Below, one piece after another: positions 56,486 to 64,000 of a stretch of DNA of 64,000 nucleotides (position 1 is the first letter of the stretch; every line of letters begins with the position of its first letter). A model generated the notes under the pieces. The model was not told where the DNA came from, ran no database searches, and was given only the letters and a program-made list of their open reading frames with translations. The DNA is from an uncultured virus (IMG/VR IMGVR_UViG_3300009376_000002) (Duplodnaviria > Heunggongvirae > Uroviricota > Caudoviricetes). Made by a program: the position numbers and the translations under genes. Location: the IMG/VR virus record IMGVR_UViG_3300009376_000002. One strand, written 5' to 3'.

Positions 56486-57422
56486 ACCTGTCCTCATCTT
56501 CGACGCGATGAACCTGTTTCTACGTGTCTATTCGGCAAACCCGTCGATTAGCAAGCACGGTCATCACGTCGGAGGTGTGGTCGGTTTCTTAAAGTCGATG
56601 CGCAACATCATAGATCGCTTTAGCCCTAGGCAGATCTATGTTGTGTGGGAAGGCGGAGGTTCTTCTAGGAGAAGATCCATCTACCCGGAATATAAGAAGG
56701 GTAAAAAGCCAGCTCGAATGAACAAGTTTTATGAGCAGGACATTCCCGACACTCAGCAGAATCGAAATAAGCAGATTGCTAGCTTAATTAGCATGATGAA
56801 AAAGATGCCCATCTGCCAGCTCTACGTCGGTGACTGTGAGGGCGACGACGTCATTGGTTATCTCTGCAAGTATAAATTACGTGATCTGCCCAAGGTGATA
56901 GTGTCCTCAGATCAGGATTATTACCAGCTCTTAAATGATAATACAAGAATCTTTCGCCTGGGGCGCAAAGAGATCGTAACTCGCGATCACATTCCTGATC
57001 TTTTAGGTGTGAGCGCTAATAACTACTGTGTTGCTAAAGCGGCAGTCGGTGACAGCTCCGACAACATCGCCGGGATCAAAGGTGCCGGCTACAAGACAAT
57101 GGCTAAAAGATTTTCTTTCCTTGCTGACGATGAAGAAGCTGACATACAAAAAATATTTGAGTATGCTTCTGCACACGCAGAGGGAAAAATTAAAATCTAC
57201 CGAGAGATAGCGGACAACTTTGACATCTTGGAACGTAACTGGCGCCTGACATATTTAGATTCGCGAAATTTAGCGGCGGGCCAAGTGAATCAAATCGAAC
57301 AAATCGTAGATACATTTGAACCAAAGAGGAATAAGATCGGGATGATGAGAGATCTGATTGCTGAAGGCATCCAAAACTTTGACGTCGAATCGCTTTTCCT
57401 TAGCTTTACTTACCTAGATTAA
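56466..57422 (+). CDS. 5'-3' exonuclease / flap endonuclease (PolI N-domain or T4 RNase H-like)
   Basis: LIFDAMNL, YPEYK, EGDDVIG, SSDQDYYQL, GDSSDNIAGIKGAG. Confidence 0.92.
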   Translation: MAPLEDRPVLIFDAMNLFLRVYSANPSISKHGHHVGGVVGFLKSMRNIIDRFSPRQIYVVWEGGGSSRRRSIYPEYKKGKKPARMNKFYEQDIPDTQQNRNKQIASLISMMKKMPICQLYVGDCEGDDVIGYLCKYKLRDLPKVIVSSDQDYYQLLNDNTRIFRLGRKEIVTRDHIPDLLGVSANNYCVAKAAVGDSSDNIAGIKGAGYKTMAKRFSFLADDEEADIQKIFEYASAHAEGKIKIYREIADNFDILERNWRLTYLDSRNLAAGQVNQIEQIVDTFEPKRNKIGMMRDLIAEGIQNFDVESLFLSFTYLD

Positions 57423-57432
57423 GAGGTTCTAC

Positions 57433-58857
57433 GTGACACAAGAGTCCGGCATATCATTCGCGTCTTATGGAAAAGACTTCCAAGAAAAAATCGTTCAAGG
57501 ACTCCTTACAGACAGCATGTGGGCAGAACAAATGGCTGAGGTTATCGACACTCAGTTCTTTGACCTGAAGTATCTCAGGTTCCTGGCAGATCGATACTTC
57601 ACTTACCACCAGAAATACAAGGATTTTCCAACTCTTCCGCTTCTTGTCTCTATCATTCGTGACGACCTGAAGACGGGTAATGATACAATCCTCCGCGACC
57701 AGATCGTTGAGTATCTCCAGCGCATCCGCCACAATCCCAACATGGGAGATTTGGAATATGTCAAGGATAAAGCACTCGACTTCTGTCGCAAGCAAGCTTT
57801 CCGAGGCGCCCTGGAAGAAGCTGTTGATCTTATTCAGGTTGACAAGTTCGACTCGGTGATGGATCTGATGAGAAACGCCCTGTCAGTTGGTACCACACCC
57901 TCCGTTGGCCACGATTTCTTTGAAGATATGGAAGCTCGCTTCGTTCGAGTTAGTCGATCACCCATTCCAACGGGCATTGACAAGATTGATGCAAAAGATA
58001 TCCTCAACGGTGGTCTAGGCAAAGGCGAGATCGGTGTCATCACAGCACCTACAGGAGTTGGCAAGTCACACATGCTGGTAAATCTTGGATGCTCAGCTTT
58101 AAAAGCAGGATTTAACGTAATACACTATACCTTTGAGCTTACCGAGACAGGTACAGGCCTTCGTTACGATTCCAATCTTTGCCAGATCCCTAGCAACGAA
58201 GTTCAGGATCGCAAGGATGAAGTTATCGAATACTACAAGGAAAAAGGTGATCAGCTCGGAAAACTGATGATCAAGGAGTATCCTACGGGAACTGCTACCG
58301 TACAAACCCTCAGAGCGCATATAGAAAAATTAAGCTTAAAAGGATTTATTCCGCAAGTGCTGATTATCGATTACGCAGACATTATGAGATCATCCCGACA
58401 GTATGATTCAATGAGGCATGAGCTAAAGAAGGTGTATGAGGATCTCCGAAATTTAGCAATGGAAAAGAACATGCCCATCTGGACAGCGTCCCAATCTAAT
58501 AGAGACTCAGCTAACTCTGATATCGTGGGATTGGAAAACATGTCAGAATCTTACGGAAAAGCACAAGTTGCCGATGTTGTGATCTCCATATCTCGGAAGC
58601 CCGCAGAGAAATCCGAGGGTTTCGGGCGCCTGTATATTGCTAAGAACCGAGCAGGTCGGGACGGAATCGTGTTTCCTGTAAAACTCAATACAGCAATGAG
58701 CAGGTTCAGCATACTAGAAAATTCAGAAGAAATGTCCTTTATGGACGCAAAGAAAAAGAATGAAGGTGACCTGAAACATCTCTTGCAACAAAAGTGGAAA
58801 CAAGTAAGCAAAGTTGAAGTAAAAGATAATAAGGTAAAGGAAGAAGGTAAGACGTAG
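57433..58857 (+). CDS. Replicative DnaB-like helicase (gp41-like)
   Basis: Walker A APTGVGKS, IIDYAD, WTASQSNR, KNRAG. Confidence 0.93.
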   Translation: MTQESGISFASYGKDFQEKIVQGLLTDSMWAEQMAEVIDTQFFDLKYLRFLADRYFTYHQKYKDFPTLPLLVSIIRDDLKTGNDTILRDQIVEYLQRIRHNPNMGDLEYVKDKALDFCRKQAFRGALEEAVDLIQVDKFDSVMDLMRNALSVGTTPSVGHDFFEDMEARFVRVSRSPIPTGIDKIDAKDILNGGLGKGEIGVITAPTGVGKSHMLVNLGCSALKAGFNVIHYTFELTETGTGLRYDSNLCQIPSNEVQDRKDEVIEYYKEKGDQLGKLMIKEYPTGTATVQTLRAHIEKLSLKGFIPQVLIIDYADIMRSSRQYDSMRHELKKVYEDLRNLAMEKNMPIWTASQSNRDSANSDIVGLENMSESYGKAQVADVVISISRKPAEKSEGFGRLYIAKNRAGRDGIVFPVKLNTAMSRFSILENSEEMSFMDAKKKNEGDLKHLLQQKWKQVSKVEVKDNKVKEEGKT

Positions 58858-58860
58858 AAG

Positions 58861-61329
58861 ATGGCAACCTATGATGACGTTTTCTCGGAGAGTTTAGAAT
58901 ATTTTGATGGCGACGAGCTGGCAGCCTCAGTATTCGCCACCAAGTACGCATTGCAAGATACCGAAGGTAATTTCCTAGAATCAAACCCTGATCAGATGCA
59001 CCGCAGGCTCGCACGTGAGTTCGCTCGCGTTGAGGCTAAGTATGATAATCCCATGACTGAAGAGGAGGTTTACAACCTTCTAAAGGGCTTTAAGTATGTA
59101 GTCCCACAAGGATCACCAATGTCAGGTATTGGCAACTCTCACCAGATCCAGTCTCTATCTAACTGCTTTGTAGTCGATAACCCACAAGATTCGTACGGGG
59201 GCATTCTTAAGACTGATCAAGAGCAAGTTCAGATTATGAAACGACGCGGAGGCGTAGGGTTCGATATCTCTACCATCCGTCCGCAGGGGCTGAGAACATC
59301 TAATGCTGCTAAGACAACTGACGGCATCGGTGTTTTTATGGAGCGCTTTTCTAACTCCTGTCGTGAGGTGGCGCAAGGCGGTCGCAGAGGTGCACTCATG
59401 CTCACCATCTCAGTTCATCACCCTGATATTGAGACATTCATCAACATCAAGCGCGATCTGTCCAAAGTGACAGGGGCTAATATTTCAATTCGACTGACTG
59501 ATGAGTTTATGCAAGCTGTCGAGAACGACGCTGATTACGAGTTGCGCTTCCCGGTAGAACCCGAAGAAGAAAGAGTTGTAACTCAGCAAGCTTCTGCATC
59601 TAATATTTGGGATCAGATCATCGAGTCAGCACACGGGTCAGCAGAGCCAGGTTTGCTCTTCTGGGATAATGTTCTCAATTATACACCTGCGCAGATCTAC
59701 AAGGACCAGGGATTTCACACCATTAGCACCAATCCGTGCAGTGAGATCACGCTGTCAGCTTACGATAGCTGCAGACTTCTTCTCCTCAACCTGACTTCTT
59801 TTGTTGAAAATCCCTTCCAGGATAGCGCTCGTTTCGATTACGAGCTTTTTAGCGAATGCACCCAGAAGGCACAAAGATTAATGGACGATCTTATTGATCT
59901 TGAGATTGAGTGCGTTGATCGAATTATTAAAAAGATCAAGAAAGATCCGGAGTCAAAGGATGCAAAGCGTGTTGAGCTTGAACTCTGGCAGAAGATCCGC
60001 AAGGCAGCCCTCGACGGCCGCCGAACCGGCCTCGGTGTGACAGGCTTGGGTGATACCCTCGCGATGCTCAATCTCAACTACGGTTCTCCCGATAGCATTC
60101 AAGAGACAGAGGACATCTACCGCACGCTTTCCATCGCTGCTTACAAGAGCTCATGTCAGCTTGCAGCTGAACGAGGTGCCTTCCCTGTCTACAGCTACGA
60201 GCAAGAGGAGGGGCACCCCTTTATGGAGCGCCTCTTTAAAGCCTACCCACAGTTACGACATTTACACCGAGAGCACGGAAGGCGTAACATTGCCTTAACC
60301 ACCACTGCTCCGTGCGGAAGCGTTTCTACGTTAACGCAGACAACGTCAGGTATCGAACCTGCATTCATGCTCAAGTACACGAGGCGCAAGAAGATCAATC
60401 CGAATGATCCTGATGCTCAAGTTGATTTCGTGGACGATCTCGGTGATAAGTGGCAGGAGTTTGATGTCTATCACCACAACTTCAAGAAGTGGATGGACGT
60501 CACTGGTAAAGCTGAGATCAATGATAGCCCATACGCAGGATCGACCGCCAACGAGATCGTATGGGAGTCAGCAGTAGATATCCAGGCTGCAGCACAGCTC
60601 TGGGTGTGCCATGCGATCAGCAAGACGATCAATCTACCCGGGGATGTTTCTGTTGACGATGTTAAGAAAGTGTATTGGCGTGGGTGGAAGAAGGGCCTGA
60701 AGGGAGTCACAGTATATCGCGACGGTTCCCGCTCAGGTGTATTAGTATCTGATGATGCTGCAGCAAAAAACCAAGACGGTTTTTATGAGACTCCTGCCCC
60801 AAAACGCCCAGAAACTTTGACATGTGAGATTCATCACGCCTCTATCAGGGGTGAGAAATGGACCATTGTCATGGGATTGATGGACGGAAAGCCATACGAG
60901 ATCTTTGGGGGAATGGCTAACAAGATTGAGATTCCTCGATACTATAAGAAGGGAACACTCACTAAGCGCCCACGAAAGACAAAGAACTCTATTTATGATC
61001 TTCGTTTCGGTCATGAAGGAGATGAGTTTTGCATCAAGGACGTGGTTGAAGTATTTGATAATCCAAACTACTCAGCATTCACTCGAACTATCTCACTGGC
61101 TTTGCGCCACGGAGCTCCTGTTTCCTTTATGGTCGAGCAGCTCCAGAAAGACAAAGAAGCAGATATGTTCTCTTTTTCTCGAGTCATCGCTCGAGTTCTC
61201 AAGAACTACATCAAAGATGGAACTAAAGCCTCTGAAAAGACGTGCGAAAATTGTGGAGCTGAAGGGACATTAATCTATCAAGAAGGTTGTGTTACTTGCC
61301 TAAGCTGCGGCACTGGCAAGTGCGGTTAA
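58861..61329 (+). CDS. nrdJ: Ribonucleotide reductase, probably class II (B12-dependent)
   Basis: SLSNCFV, RRGALM, TNPCSEI, RRTGLG, TTAPCGS, C-terminal CENC...CLSC domain; no beta subunit adjacent. Confidence 0.88.
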   Translation: MATYDDVFSESLEYFDGDELAASVFATKYALQDTEGNFLESNPDQMHRRLAREFARVEAKYDNPMTEEEVYNLLKGFKYVVPQGSPMSGIGNSHQIQSLSNCFVVDNPQDSYGGILKTDQEQVQIMKRRGGVGFDISTIRPQGLRTSNAAKTTDGIGVFMERFSNSCREVAQGGRRGALMLTISVHHPDIETFINIKRDLSKVTGANISIRLTDEFMQAVENDADYELRFPVEPEEERVVTQQASASNIWDQIIESAHGSAEPGLLFWDNVLNYTPAQIYKDQGFHTISTNPCSEITLSAYDSCRLLLLNLTSFVENPFQDSARFDYELFSECTQKAQRLMDDLIDLEIECVDRIIKKIKKDPESKDAKRVELELWQKIRKAALDGRRTGLGVTGLGDTLAMLNLNYGSPDSIQETEDIYRTLSIAAYKSSCQLAAERGAFPVYSYEQEEGHPFMERLFKAYPQLRHLHREHGRRNIALTTTAPCGSVSTLTQTTSGIEPAFMLKYTRRKKINPNDPDAQVDFVDDLGDKWQEFDVYHHNFKKWMDVTGKAEINDSPYAGSTANEIVWESAVDIQAAAQLWVCHAISKTINLPGDVSVDDVKKVYWRGWKKGLKGVTVYRDGSRSGVLVSDDAAAKNQDGFYETPAPKRPETLTCEIHHASIRGEKWTIVMGLMDGKPYEIFGGMANKIEIPRYYKKGTLTKRPRKTKNSIYDLRFGHEGDEFCIKDVVEVFDNPNYSAFTRTISLALRHGAPVSFMVEQLQKDKEADMFSFSRVIARVLKNYIKDGTKASEKTCENCGAEGTLIYQEGCVTCLSCGTGKCG

Positions 61330-61349
61330 TTTAATTAAAAGAGGTAAAA

Positions 61350-61952
61350 TTGAAGAAGCAGGTTAAAGTTGATGGACGAATTAGCGAAGTAAAGCTAATG
61401 AACAATCCTATTGTGGTTCGGGTTAATAAATTTAATGAAGATGGTGCTAAGAAGTTCACGCAGGATATGGCGTCAGCTCATAACTCTGGTCAAAGCATCA
61501 TTCCTATCGTGATCGACTCCTACGGAGGTCAAGTTTACTCTTTGATGTCAATGATCTCAGACATCAAGTGTGCAGACTTACCTGTTGCTACCATAGTGGA
61601 AGGTAAGGCTATGTCTTGCGGAGCTGTTCTTTTCACGTTTGGAGAAGACGGTCATCGATACATGGCACCTGATGCTACGGTGATGATTCACGACGTGAGC
61701 AGCGGCGGTTTTGGCAAAGTGGAGGAACTTAAAGCTGATGCAGCCGAAGCCGATCGATTAGACCAAAAGATCTTCTCGATGATGTCACAAAACTGCGGTA
61801 AGAAAGACGACTACTTCAAGAAGATCGTCCATAAGAAAGGTCACGCCGACTGGTTCCTGGATGCTGATGAGTGCAAGAAACATAACATCTGCAATCACAT
61901 TCGTGTTCCGTCATTTACGGTTAGCATCGACGTGAATATGGAACTTGACTAG
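61350..61952 (+). CDS. clpP: ClpP-like protease subunit
   Basis: IDSYGGQV, GKAMSCG (catalytic Ser), VMIHD. Confidence 0.85.
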   Translation: MKKQVKVDGRISEVKLMNNPIVVRVNKFNEDGAKKFTQDMASAHNSGQSIIPIVIDSYGGQVYSLMSMISDIKCADLPVATIVEGKAMSCGAVLFTFGEDGHRYMAPDATVMIHDVSSGGFGKVEELKADAAEADRLDQKIFSMMSQNCGKKDDYFKKIVHKKGHADWFLDADECKKHNICNHIRVPSFTVSIDVNMELD

Positions 61953-62574
61953 CAAGCGACTAGTACTCATTGGATTTTTTCTTTTGGGGTGCGAACCAGA
62001 AGAGCACGTAGTTGATTATCCGGATCACGGCGCTCACCCCATCAAGGTTACGAGCATAGAAGAAGGTATCCAGGCTTTCTCTCTAGACGATGACTTTGTG
62101 CTAGGAAAGCTATCAGACAATCAGCTTGTTAACGTTGTCACGATTATGGATGTTGCTAAAAAGCAAAAATTTGATGAGTTTACGCTGCTGGCTATTGCAT
62201 TCCGAGAATCATCTTTCAAGACGGGACTAATATCCAGACAGGGAGATGTAGGAGTCTTCCAGATCAACGGTCGCTGGTGGTGGAAGAAACTAGGATACAC
62301 AAGTCGGGCAGACTTTACTGCAAAAAACCAAGACGTAGCTACCAGCGCAAGAAACGCGATCATTATTATAAAAAAATTTAAGAGATTCAAGACCTGTCGA
62401 GGAGATAAGGTTTTTGCCTGCTATAACGGCGGGCCAGGATGGCAACTCTCCAAGAACGTTGAAAAGATCAAAGCTTACCAGAAACGTGTTATTCGTGCCC
62501 GATACTTAATTTCGCGCCACATGAAGCGTTGGAAGCAGGAGATCAAAGGTGAGCGATCCCAACCATCCCCGTAA
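61945..62574 (+). CDS. SLT-family lytic transglycosylase with possible lipoprotein signal
   Basis: LLAIAFRESSF (catalytic Glu), GVFQI, CYNGGPG; N-terminus KR-LVLIGFFLLGC. Confidence 0.75.
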   Translation: MTSKRLVLIGFFLLGCEPEEHVVDYPDHGAHPIKVTSIEEGIQAFSLDDDFVLGKLSDNQLVNVVTIMDVAKKQKFDEFTLLAIAFRESSFKTGLISRQGDVGVFQINGRWWWKKLGYTSRADFTAKNQDVATSARNAIIIIKKFKRFKTCRGDKVFACYNGGPGWQLSKNVEKIKAYQKRVIRARYLISRHMKRWKQEIKGERSQPSP

Positions 62575-62836
62575 GTTCGGTGGGGGAAAGTTTCGTATCC
62601 ACCATGTTGTGGATGACTGGGATCTTGGGTTCTATGATGGAAGCGCAGTCAAGCTCATTCTCGAGGCAAAATTTGGCGAGCAAGAGATACAAGATATAGA
62701 AAAAGCGATAGAGTATCTTAGGCACCAAATTAGGTCGAGGGGTGAAGAGATTGAACGAGCAAATGAGGAACAGACTGCGACTTGGCGCCCTGGCTGTGGT
62801 AATTACATCGTTAGTGATACCGAATCCGACGATTGA
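62549..62836 (+). CDS. DUF3310-like small phage protein (divergent)
   Basis: NHP...LGFYDGSAVKLI...QDIEKAIEYL resembles the NHP..Y/GF..GN.IKY/EDL.KA..YL pattern. Confidence 0.55.
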   Translation: MSDPNHPRKFGGGKFRIHHVVDDWDLGFYDGSAVKLILEAKFGEQEIQDIEKAIEYLRHQIRSRGEEIERANEEQTATWRPGCGNYIVSDTESDD

Positions 62837-62938
62837 CGCCCTCTCTCGCATAGCCCTTATCGGACTTTTTGCCGACTGGGCATATCAGCTATATAAACGT
62901 TCATAAAACTTAGTATAATACGTCATTGGAGCTTTGAA

Positions 62939-63175
62939 ATGGCAAAGAAGATTTATCGTCTTGATGATGAAGTGGTCGCAGAAGTGGCCCGTTCCCTACA
63001 GCGCGCCCTGCTTACAGGCACTGACATTGTTGATCACATTCGCGCTATTGAACTTAACGTTGCTCGAGGGTCAAACATGATCGTATTAAGCCCAGAGTAT
63101 CTTGAAAGAACCCAGACAAATGACCAACGCATGGTCGACGAAGCTGAAGAATTATCTTTCGAGGGTGAAAAATAA
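62939..63175 (+). CDS. Hypothetical protein
   Basis: GGAG RBS; TATAAT at 62914-62919 upstream. Confidence 0.65.
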   Translation: MAKKIYRLDDEVVAEVARSLQRALLTGTDIVDHIRAIELNVARGSNMIVLSPEYLERTQTNDQRMVDEAEELSFEGEK

Positions 63176-63176
63176 A

Positions 63177-63545
63177 TTGGATCGTCTTGAGCAGATATTC
63201 TGGCTGCAAGAATCATTTATGAAGGTGCTCTCCGACAACAAGGAGAAGCTTCCAGAATGGCCTGTGGATCCTTCTGACAAGAAAGCCCAGCAGTTTATAA
63301 GGGATATTATCCATCGAGGCACAGAGGAGGCTTTCGAAGCTCTCCTCCACCTTAAGAACTGGAAGCCTCATAAGCACACCGAGGTCAAAGAGTTTGACAG
63401 AGATGCTTTTCTCGAGGAAATGGTAGATGATTTCACCTATAAGCTCGAAGCTCTTATTCTAATGGGGTTTACACCCGAAGACTTCTTTAAGTCATTCTGC
63501 TTGAAAAACGGCAAGAATGTTAATCGTGTAAGAGGTGATTATTAA
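63177..63545 (+). CDS. All-alpha NTP pyrophosphatase (MazG/dimeric dUTPase/dCTPase-like); start uncertain (63165 or 63177)
   Basis: EEAFEA...WKPHK...EEMVD gives two ExxE/ExxD metal-binding helices with the WK motif. Confidence 0.7.
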   Translation: MDRLEQIFWLQESFMKVLSDNKEKLPEWPVDPSDKKAQQFIRDIIHRGTEEAFEALLHLKNWKPHKHTEVKEFDRDAFLEEMVDDFTYKLEALILMGFTPEDFFKSFCLKNGKNVNRVRGDY

Positions 63546-63580
63546 GTCTTAAGTGATATTTAGTATTGCGAGAGACTATA

Positions 63581-64000
63581 ATGCCCCTTACTCGAATCCG
63601 AACAGACGATCTACTGTCAGGTTCTGTAGCTAACGGAACTTTAAATGCGACTGCGATCACCGGACAAGCTGCTGCAACGTCAGCAGATGACGCTGACTTA
63701 GTCCTAATATACGACAACGGCGCTTCTGCTCTTAAAAAGATGACGCGTGCTAATTTTACCGCAGGCCTCTCAACCACGCTTTCCGGTGCATATGACGCAG
63801 GCAGATTTATCACTGCTTCTAATGGCGCCGTTGATATTCAAGTTTCAAGTAATACAAACGCTCCAACTGAACTGCTCAGGCTTGTAGTATCAGGTAATGT
63901 AAGCGGCACCGACTCCGGGCCAAGATTATCTTTCCATGTACCGTACTCAGACACCGCTTACATAGGTGCAGCGATTGACGGAATTAAAAGTCAGACGTCA
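63581..64000 (+). CDS. Tail-fibre-like virion protein, 3'-truncated
   Basis: Open from ATG 63581 to the window end (MPLTRIRTDDLLSGSVANGTLNATAITGQAAATSADDADLVLIYDNGASALKKMTRANF...); ATATTTA motif at 63556; absent from the ORF track. Confidence 0.65.
   Translation, partial: MPLTRIRTDDLLSGSVANGTLNATAITGQAAATSADDADLVLIYDNGASALKKMTRANFTAGLSTTLSGAYDAGRFITASNGAVDIQVSSNTNAPTELLRLVVSGNVSGTDSGPRLSFHVPYSDTAYIGAAIDGIKSQTS

Noticed and set aside
58861..61329. Inteins or group I introns in RNR, helicase, RecA, TerL or PolA
   Set aside because: Lengths are normal, motifs are contiguous, and no intein termini or LAGLIDADG/HNH inserts were seen.

Overview
The window is a 64 kb internal segment of a large, contractile-tailed (myovirus-type) dsDNA phage genome. 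All credible genes lie on the + strand in the standard genetic code. Order: large orphan and putative baseplate/fibre proteins (1-13.9 kb); RuvC-like resolvase, primase and a fused SbcD-SbcC nuclease; a T4-like head module (TerL, portal, prohead protease, bS21, scaffold, major capsid); two paralogous small virion genes; neck, tail terminator, two tandem tail sheaths, tube, tail chaperone, tape measure and baseplate genes; a replication/nucleotide block (minimal PolA, degenerate HD protein, SSB, RecA, dUTPase, 5'-3' exonuclease, DnaB-like helicase, class II RNR, ClpP, lipoprotein-like transglycosylase, all-alpha NTP pyrophosphatase); and the start of a fibre-like gene. Main non-obvious signals: (1) a perfectly duplicated 99-bp promoter/leader with a plausible pseudoknotted RNA just before the RBS of two diverged paralogs; (2) a T7 slippery site predicting a +1/-2 frameshift in the tail chaperone; (3) two promoter classes, ATANTTA before virion genes and sigma70-like, apparently leaderless, before replication genes. 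No tRNA, rRNA, CRISPR array or mobile element was recognised by eye. All product calls come from motif recognition and gene order, not database searches.
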